A stretch of DNA of 64,000 nucleotides. Source: Chloroflexia bacterium. GTDB taxonomy: Bacteria > Chloroflexota > Chloroflexia > QHBQ01 > JAICKM01. This document shows, in pieces, positions 58,077-64,000 of this stretch (position 1 is the stretch's first letter; each line of letters begins with the position of its first letter). A program made the position numbers and the translations under genes. The stretch spans positions 20,165 through 84,164 of the forward strand of contig JBPCPV010000050.1 of assembly GCA_050998805.1 (NCBI GenBank). Direction: 5' to 3'. The notes under the pieces are model-generated. The model saw only the letters and a list, made by a program, of their open reading frames with translations. It was not told the origin of the DNA and ran no database searches.

Positions 58077-61000
58077 ATGTGCTATCTTTACAGCACAGTT
58101 CGCACTGGACAGATTGTCATGCCGATCCAAACCAAGCAACCGCCTGCTATCACTGCCTATTACCGACGCCTTGAAGAGATCGCCCAGCATGGGGCGAGCA
58201 ACGAAGGCGCGACCCGCGATGCGTTCCAAACCCTGCTGGCTGAATGGGGCCGGCCGCACGGCCTGACCATGTTGGCTGAGCAGACCATCACCGGCACCCG
58301 CAAGCGCCCGATCCGGCTGGACGGCGTGCTGGTTGACCAGTTGCGGCTGCATCGGGGTATTTGGGAAGCTAAAGACGCCGGCGACGACTTGACGGCAGAG
58401 ATCACCCGCAAGATCGCGGCGGGCTATCCGCTGACTAACACCCTGTTTGAGAACACCCGCAGGGCCGTGCTGTATCAGGAAGGCCGCGTGGTCTATGACG
58501 GCGACCTAAGTAACCCCATCACGCTGCGTACCCTGCTTGATACGTTTGTGGAGTACAGTCCAGCCCAAATCGAGGAGTTCCACCGCGCCGTCGCCCGCTT
58601 CAAAGAGGCCATTCCCGCCCTGGCCGCCAGCTTGACCACGCTCATTGAAGAGGCCAAGACGAAGAACGCTCGGTTCAGCACGGCGCTTGATAGCTTCCTG
58701 AGCATGTGCCGCGCGGCGCTCAACCCGACCACGACCCAGGCCGAAGTTGAAGATATGCTCAAACAGCACATCCTGACCGAGCGCATCTTCCGTAGCATTT
58801 TCCAGAACGCCGACTTCGTGCGCCGCAACGCCGTGGCTGCCGAACTCGAAAAGATGGTGGACGCGCTCACCAGCCGCGATTTCAGCCGGGACGCTTTCTT
58901 ACGGAGCCTTGACTACTTTTACAGCCCCATCGAGGAGACCGCGCGCACCATCGAGGACTATCAGGAGAAGCAGGATCTGCTCAAGGCACTATACGAGCAG
59001 TTCTTTCAGGCGTATTCGGTCCGCGCCGCCGACACCCACGGCATCGTCTACACGCCGCATGAGATCGTCGCCTGGATGGTGCAATCGGTGGAGCAGGCGC
59101 TGCGCCAGGAGTTTGGGCTGTCGCTCGGCGCGCCCGACGTTCACATCATCGATCCCTGCGTAGGCACCGGCACCTTCATCATGGAGATTTTGCGGCGCAT
59201 CCCCGCCACCACCCTTAACGCCAAGTACGGCGAGGAACTGCACGCAAACGAGGTGTTGTTGCTGCCCTATTACATCGCCGCCCAGAACATCGAGCACGCT
59301 TACTACGAGCGCACCGGCGGCTATGCGCCCTTCGAGGGCCTCTGCTTTACGGACACACTCGGCCTGGCCGAGACGGGCCAGACAGAGATGTTCGCGGAAG
59401 AGAACACGGAGCGAGTAGAGCGCCAGAAAGCCGCGCCTATCTTCGTTGTCATTGGCAATCCACCCTATAATATTGGGCAATTGAACGAGAACGACAACAA
59501 CAAGAACCGTAAGTACCCGACCGTTGACGCGCGCATTCGTGCGACTTACGGCAAGAGTTCACGTGCTACGCTCCAAAACAAGCTCTACGATATGTACGTT
59601 AGGTTCTTCCGCTGGGCTACTGACCGCCTTCGCAATGGGGATGGCATCGTCTGCTTCGTGTCCAACAACTCCTTTCTTGAACAGGTTGCCTTTGATGGAA
59701 TGCGTAAGCAACTGATGCAAGACTTCACAAGTATCTACACTTTCGATTTGGGCGGCAACGTTCGCAAGAATCCTAAGCTGTCGGGCACCACACATAACGT
59801 CTTCGGCATCCAGGTTGGCGTAACGATCACTCTGCTGATCCGTAGCAGCCAGCAGAGCACGCACGAATTGTATTACGCCCGCGTGGATGAGTTTTGGAAA
59901 AAGGGGCAAAAGCTAAATCAGTTGACTGAATTAGGTGATTACACCTGTGTTCCCTGGCAGCGCCTCACACCCGACGACCGTGGAGCTTGGTTGACGGAAG
60001 GGTTCCTAGCCGACTTTGCTACCTTTATCCCTCTTGGAACAAGAGAAACTCGGAACACCAAGTCGCTTGACGTCGAGAGCGTTTTCAAGTCCTATGGCCC
60101 AGGCGTTCTTACTGGTAGGGATCCTTGGGTCTATGACTTCCACGCTGGTACGCTTGGTGAGCGTATCGAGGTATTCATTGAAGCCTACAATGAGCAGGTA
60201 TCAAAGTGGCGTCGGCTCGACGACCGACAGGCCAGCGTCGATGATTTCGTCACCTACGACGAGAAGCGCATGAAGTGGAGCCGCAATCTTAAGAGGGATC
60301 TGCGAAGAGGCCAATTCGCGGGCTTCTCCAGTGAAGCCATCCGGCGTTCATTATACCGCCCGTTCACGCAGAAGTTCCTCTACTATGCTGACTACCTGGT
60401 GGACGAGCGGGGTCCGATAGGGGCTTTTTTTCCAACTCCCGCCAGCGAAGAGGAGAATGGCCTTATCTGCGTTAGCGCCTTGGGCCACCGTGCGGGTTTT
60501 ACCGCGTTGATAACGAACCTCATTCCGAATTATTCACTCAATTCCACAGATGGTTTCCAGTGCTTCCCCTTCTACACCTACAATGAAGCCGGCACCGAGC
60601 GGCGGGAGAACATCACGGATTGGGCGCTGGCGCAGTTCCGCACCCACTACGCCGGCGCAAGCGTCACCAAGCGCGACATTTTCCACTACGTTTACGCCGT
60701 GCTGCACGCGCCGGGTTATCGCACCGCCTACGCCGAAAACCTCAAGCGTGACCTGCCGCGCATTCCCTTCGTGCCTGCTCAATCGTTCCGGGCTTATGTT
60801 GACGCGGGCACGACGCTGGCGCATCTGCACCGCGACTATGCCACGCTGCAACCTTACCCGCTCGAAGTACAAGAAACCGGGCGCGTGTCCTGGCGGGTAG
60901 ATGAGCGCGGGATGCGCCTCTCCGCCGACCGCTCGGCCTTGCGCTACAACCCCACGCTCACGCTGTCCGGCATCCCGCCCGCGGCCTTCGACTACCGCCT

Positions 61001-61187
61001 CGGCAACCGCAGCGCGCTAGAGTGGGTGATCGATCAGTACCGCGTGACCACCGACGCACGTAGCGGCCTACGCCACGATCCGAACAACCCCGACGACGAG
61101 CAGGCCATCGTCCGGCTCGTCGGCCAGGTCGTGCGGGTATCACTCGACACGCAGTCCGTCATCGCCGCCTTGCCGCGGTTAGACTGA
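58077..61187 (+). CDS. single-chain type IIG/IIL (MmeI-like) restriction-modification enzyme: N-terminal PD-(D/E)xK nuclease, central gamma-class N6-adenine MTase (DPCVGTGTF, NPPY), C-terminal target-recognition region
   Basis: LDGVLVD...GIWEAKD nuclease triad. Motif I IIDPCVGTGTF and motif IV GNPPYN in gamma order. 1036 aa. Confidence 0.55.
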   Translation: MCYLYSTVRTGQIVMPIQTKQPPAITAYYRRLEEIAQHGASNEGATRDAFQTLLAEWGRPHGLTMLAEQTITGTRKRPIRLDGVLVDQLRLHRGIWEAKDAGDDLTAEITRKIAAGYPLTNTLFENTRRAVLYQEGRVVYDGDLSNPITLRTLLDTFVEYSPAQIEEFHRAVARFKEAIPALAASLTTLIEEAKTKNARFSTALDSFLSMCRAALNPTTTQAEVEDMLKQHILTERIFRSIFQNADFVRRNAVAAELEKMVDALTSRDFSRDAFLRSLDYFYSPIEETARTIEDYQEKQDLLKALYEQFFQAYSVRAADTHGIVYTPHEIVAWMVQSVEQALRQEFGLSLGAPDVHIIDPCVGTGTFIMEILRRIPATTLNAKYGEELHANEVLLLPYYIAAQNIEHAYYERTGGYAPFEGLCFTDTLGLAETGQTEMFAEENTERVERQKAAPIFVVIGNPPYNIGQLNENDNNKNRKYPTVDARIRATYGKSSRATLQNKLYDMYVRFFRWATDRLRNGDGIVCFVSNNSFLEQVAFDGMRKQLMQDFTSIYTFDLGGNVRKNPKLSGTTHNVFGIQVGVTITLLIRSSQQSTHELYYARVDEFWKKGQKLNQLTELGDYTCVPWQRLTPDDRGAWLTEGFLADFATFIPLGTRETRNTKSLDVESVFKSYGPGVLTGRDPWVYDFHAGTLGERIEVFIEAYNEQVSKWRRLDDRQASVDDFVTYDEKRMKWSRNLKRDLRRGQFAGFSSEAIRRSLYRPFTQKFLYYADYLVDERGPIGAFFPTPASEEENGLICVSALGHRAGFTALITNLIPNYSLNSTDGFQCFPFYTYNEAGTERRENITDWALAQFRTHYAGASVTKRDIFHYVYAVLHAPGYRTAYAENLKRDLPRIPFVPAQSFRAYVDAGTTLAHLHRDYATLQPYPLEVQETGRVSWRVDERGMRLSADRSALRYNPTLTLSGIPPAAFDYRLGNRSALEWVIDQYRVTTDARSGLRHDPNNPDDEQAIVRLVGQVVRVSLDTQSVIAALPRLD

Positions 61188-61203
61188 CAGGAGGGATCAT
61201 ACT

Positions 61204-61488
61204 ATGGGCTGGCGCTTTCGTCGCAGCGTGCGCTTGCTGCCAGGGTTGCGGCTGAACTTCAGCAAGCGCGGCCTCGGCTACAGCATCGGGCGCAGGGGCT
61301 TTCGGTTCAGCGTCGGGCCGAACGGACGCCGCACGGCGCTCAGCATCCCCGGCACCGGCTTATCCTACGTCAAGCAAGGGCGAGCGCCCCGCGCCGTGCG
61401 ACGCCCGGCGCAAGTCTTTTGCCCATACTGCCAGGGCGGAAACCCACCGGCGGCCAGACACTGCATCTGGTGCCACAAAGCACTATAA
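61204..61488 (+). CDS. DUF4236-like small protein with a C-terminal zinc-ribbon (CPYC...CIWC)
   Basis: MGWRFRRSVRLLPGLRLNFSKRGLGYSIG... N-terminal signature. GGAGGGA RBS. Confidence 0.5.
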   Translation: MGWRFRRSVRLLPGLRLNFSKRGLGYSIGRRGFRFSVGPNGRRTALSIPGTGLSYVKQGRAPRAVRRPAQVFCPYCQGGNPPAARHCIWCHKAL

Positions 61489-61507
61489 GCAGCGCGATAA
61501 TTACGCA

Positions 61508-62692
61508 CTACGCACTACGGTCCCTGATCTTGACCATAGCCTCGACCACGATCTCGTTCTCTTGGATTGTGTTGTAGAAGTACGGGGAGACGCGCACCGC
61601 GCCGGGGCGCATGTCCACTATCGTGCCTGCCTGGGCGAGGGCGGTGACGACGGGGCGGGGGTTCTCCATGTTCAGCAGCACGATCCCCGACCGGCGGGCG
61701 GGGTCGGCGGCGACGCGGGGCGTGAAGCCTGCCGCGAGGGCGCGGGCGATCAGGTCTTCGGTGAGGTGCTGGGTGCGCTCGCGCAGGGCCTGGGGGCCGA
61801 TCTCGCGCACGTAGGACAGGCCGCCGAGGAAGCTGTAGACCGAGGCCACCGAGTGCGTGCCCTGCTCCAGCCGCTGCGCGGTCTCCGGGAACTCCAGCTG
61901 CTTGATGTTGAAATCGAACTGGTTCTTGACGCCGAACCAGCCGGGTATAGTCGGCTCGAGCTGCGGCAGCAGGTCGCGGCGGGCATAAGTGAAGACGATC
62001 CCGGTGCCTCCGAGCAGCCACTTCAGGCCGCCGGAGAGCAGGAAGTCCACGCCGGCCTGCTTCACGTCGGTCGGGATCTGGCCCGTCGCCTGGTATGCGT
62101 CCACCAGCAGCAGCGCCCCCTTGCGGTGGGCGATCTCGGCGAGCGCCTTGATCTCCTGCACATAGCCGCTCGTGAAGTAGACGTGCGAGGTGGCGACCAG
62201 CGCGGTCCGCTCGTCAATCGCGTCCTCGAACGCCTCCAGGTCCACGCTCACCCGGTCGCGCGAGGGCACGAAGACGGTCTCGACGCCGAGCCGCCGCTTT
62301 GCGAGCCACTGGTGACCGAGCGTCGGGAAGTCGAGTTCGGCCATCACGACCTTGTTCCGCTCACTGTAATCGAGGCAGGAGCTGATCACCGAGATCGCCG
62401 ACGAAATCGAAGGCCCGATGGCGATCTCGTCCGGCCCGGCGTTGATCAGCCCCGCGATGTTCGCCCGCAGCTCGGCTATCCGCCCCATCCACAGCTCATA
62501 CCACGCCGACGCCCCCATGCTCCCCCAGAGCGCGAGGTATTCGTTGACCCCCGCAATCGCCCGCAACGAAAGCGCCCCCAGCGAGCATGAGTTGAGGTAG
62601 TTCACCTTCTCGAATATCGGGAAGTCGGCCCGATAGCGCAGCAGTTCGTCGTGCGCGGGCCATCGCGCGGTGTCCGTGGTCATGGTAGTCAT
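61508..62692 (-). CDS. class V aminotransferase-fold PLP-dependent enzyme
   Basis: AT-V pattern including the LLVDAYQATGQIP / SGGLKWLLG lysine region. Confidence 0.65.
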   Translation of the reverse strand: MTTMTTDTARWPAHDELLRYRADFPIFEKVNYLNSCSLGALSLRAIAGVNEYLALWGSMGASAWYELWMGRIAELRANIAGLINAGPDEIAIGPSISSAISVISSCLDYSERNKVVMAELDFPTLGHQWLAKRRLGVETVFVPSRDRVSVDLEAFEDAIDERTALVATSHVYFTSGYVQEIKALAEIAHRKGALLLVDAYQATGQIPTDVKQAGVDFLLSGGLKWLLGGTGIVFTYARRDLLPQLEPTIPGWFGVKNQFDFNIKQLEFPETAQRLEQGTHSVASVYSFLGGLSYVREIGPQALRERTQHLTEDLIARALAAGFTPRVAADPARRSGIVLLNMENPRPVVTALAQAGTIVDMRPGAVRVSPYFYNTIQENEIVVEAMVKIRDRSA

Positions 62693-62705
62693 AGCTGTTG
62701 CCCCC

Positions 62706-62889
62706 GTTAGTGGTCAGTGGTCAGTGGTCAGTCGGCGGGCCGCCGGGACGGCGGCGATACGCGGGCGGCGGTACGCGAGCGGTGGTCCACGGGCGGAGCC
62801 GGGTCTTACAGCCGTCAGCCGTCAGTCACGCAATACGCAATACGTAATACGCACTGACCACTGACCACTGACCACCGACCACTGACCAC
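62706..62889. repeat. ~185-bp element with long terminal inverted repeats built from GTGGTCA heptamers (GTTAGTGGTCAGTGGTCAGTGGTCAGTCGG ... CACTGACCACTGACCACTGACCACCGACCACTGACCACTG); AGCCGTC x2 and ACGCAAT x3 inside
   Basis: Read directly; lies in the divergent spacer between 61508..62692 (-) and 62963.. (+). Confidence 0.65.
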
Positions 62890-62962
62890 TGCCTGTAGAT
62901 TAGCACAAACCGGCACCGCCTTCAACCCCTGGCACGCCATTTGCACCGTCGTCACTCAGGAG

Positions 62963-63496
62963 GTGGCTCAGATGGAGACGATCTACAAGGGAATCGAGCC
63001 GGGCACCGAAATCGTGGACATTAACGGGCACAAGGTCGGCAGCGTGCATGAGGTTCTACTCAACGCCTCCGACCAGCTTCAGATGTTGACCGTGCAGAAA
63101 GGGCTTATCTTCAAGACCGATGTCGGCATCCCGGCGGCGTCCATTGACCGAATGGAGGGCGGCAAGATCCACCTCTGCGTCGAGAAAGGCACCCTGGTCG
63201 AGATGCTCAAGCCCGACATGGCGCGCAACCCCGCAGAGGCGACCGAGCCGGCGGTCCGCGAGGCGTCGGGGGAAGGCGACATGCTACAGGACGCAGCCCA
63301 GGATCGCAACCCGACCACGGGGATGCCGCAGGCCGGCATGGTGCATGACGTGGGCACCGGCGACCGCACCCACGATGTGGGCATGGGCACGGCAGGCGCG
63401 CCCGGTATTGACGCCGCCAATCCCGCGATGGTGACCGAGACTGAGACACATGTGCCCACCGAGTCGCAAGACCCGACGAGCAAAGACCGGACATAG
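62963..63496 (+). CDS. PRC-barrel-like (DUF2171-type) protein with a disordered C-terminus
   Basis: N-terminal IVDINGHKVGSVHEV...KIHL PRC-barrel pattern. Confidence 0.45.
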   Translation: MAQMETIYKGIEPGTEIVDINGHKVGSVHEVLLNASDQLQMLTVQKGLIFKTDVGIPAASIDRMEGGKIHLCVEKGTLVEMLKPDMARNPAEATEPAVREASGEGDMLQDAAQDRNPTTGMPQAGMVHDVGTGDRTHDVGMGTAGAPGIDAANPAMVTETETHVPTESQDPTSKDRT

Positions 63497-63511
63497 GGGA
63501 AGTCCACCCCG

Positions 63512-64000
63512 TTGCGCCTGCCCGAGCTTCCCTACGAGAACATCCGTGAACTCCTCGACGACCCCGGCGAGGCGAGCGAGCGTGAGCTACGCCAGAGCCT
63601 CCGCGACATACGCATGGCGAACCTCGTCGGCCAGGGCACCGCAGTCATCCTCCGCCACCTGCCCGACGTGTTGGGCGACTGGCCCGCCGGCCGCCCGCTC
63701 TCTTTGCTCGACCTCGCCACCGGCTCCGGCGACATCCCCCGCGCCGTCGTGCGCTGGTGCCGCCGCCGCGCAATCCCGTGCAGCATACTCGCCACCGACA
63801 TCAGCCCCGAAGTCCTGGAGGAGGCCCGTCGCCAGACCCGCGCCTACCCTGAGATCCGCGTAATGGCCGTAGACGCGCGCCGCCCGCCCTTCGCGCCCGG
63901 CAGCTTCGATGTAGTCACATGCTCGCTCGCCCTCCACCACCTCGACGCCGAAGGCGCGACCGAGACCCTCGGCAACATGGCGCGGCTGGCCCGCTGCGGT
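63512..64000 (+). CDS. class I SAM-dependent methyltransferase, partial (runs off the window); start uncertain (TTG 63512)
   Basis: LLDLATGSGDIPRAV motif I, VDARRPPF, and ALHHL motifs in an open frame to the window edge. Confidence 0.5.
   Translation, partial: MRLPELPYENIRELLDDPGEASERELRQSLRDIRMANLVGQGTAVILRHLPDVLGDWPAGRPLSLLDLATGSGDIPRAVVRWCRRRAIPCSILATDISPEVLEEARRQTRAYPEIRVMAVDARRPPFAPGSFDVVTCSLALHHLDAEGATETLGNMARLARCG

Overview
High-GC (~67%) bacterial chromosomal segment of 64 kb, apparently from a monoderm-type organism (SLH-domain surface protein, two YfhO-family paralogs, TatA, many TATAATGG extended -10 boxes immediately upstream of start codons indicating leaderless mRNAs). The first ~20.7 kb looks like a composite integrated mobile region. 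It has AT-rich short direct repeats at the window edge, a ribbon-helix-helix protein, an excisionase-type HTH, a CHC2-Zn-finger/Toprim primase, a RecA-fold AAA ATPase (replicative helicase-like), a replication-relaxation winged-helix protein fused to a charged single-alpha-helix segment and a membrane domain, and an intact tyrosine integrase. A C-terminally truncated second integrase lies beside tRNA-His (complement 20697..20772). Cargo within this region includes a compact operon behind a perfect TTGACA-17-TATAAT promoter. It encodes a MauE-like membrane protein (DCGCF motif), a TlpA/MauD-like CxxC thioredoxin, membrane ORFs, a 114-aa twin-arginine-signal precursor whose 72-aa mature part carries 16 cysteines, a lipoprotein and a YfhO glycosyl-transfer membrane protein. 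I regard this disulfide-maturation-plus-hyper-Cys Tat peptide module as the most novel candidate system. The rest of the window is mostly housekeeping and envelope genes: a BNR-repeat/3xSLH surface protein, GT9, tatA, tRNA-Leu(CAG), peptidase C26, purple acid phosphatase, a spermidine-synthase-like membrane protein, pgeF, cca, add, purD, guaA, an alpha-glucan phosphorylase, a PIG-V-like mannosyltransferase and an ECF sigma with YciI/VOC partners. Interspersed are three type II toxin-antitoxin pairs (two VapBC, one Phd-like with an unknown partner), a lower-GC beta-class DNA methyltransferase fused to an Mrr-type nuclease domain, an MmeI-like type IIG/IIL R-M enzyme and a Rox-like FAD monooxygenase. 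A dispersed family of intergenic tandem-heptamer repeat modules (GTGGTCA/GTTAGTG, GCTGACG, CGCACTA/CGCACTC) recurs at gene boundaries. A five-copy degenerate direct-repeat array sits in a 1.1-kb non-coding gap. No CRISPR array and no rRNA were found.
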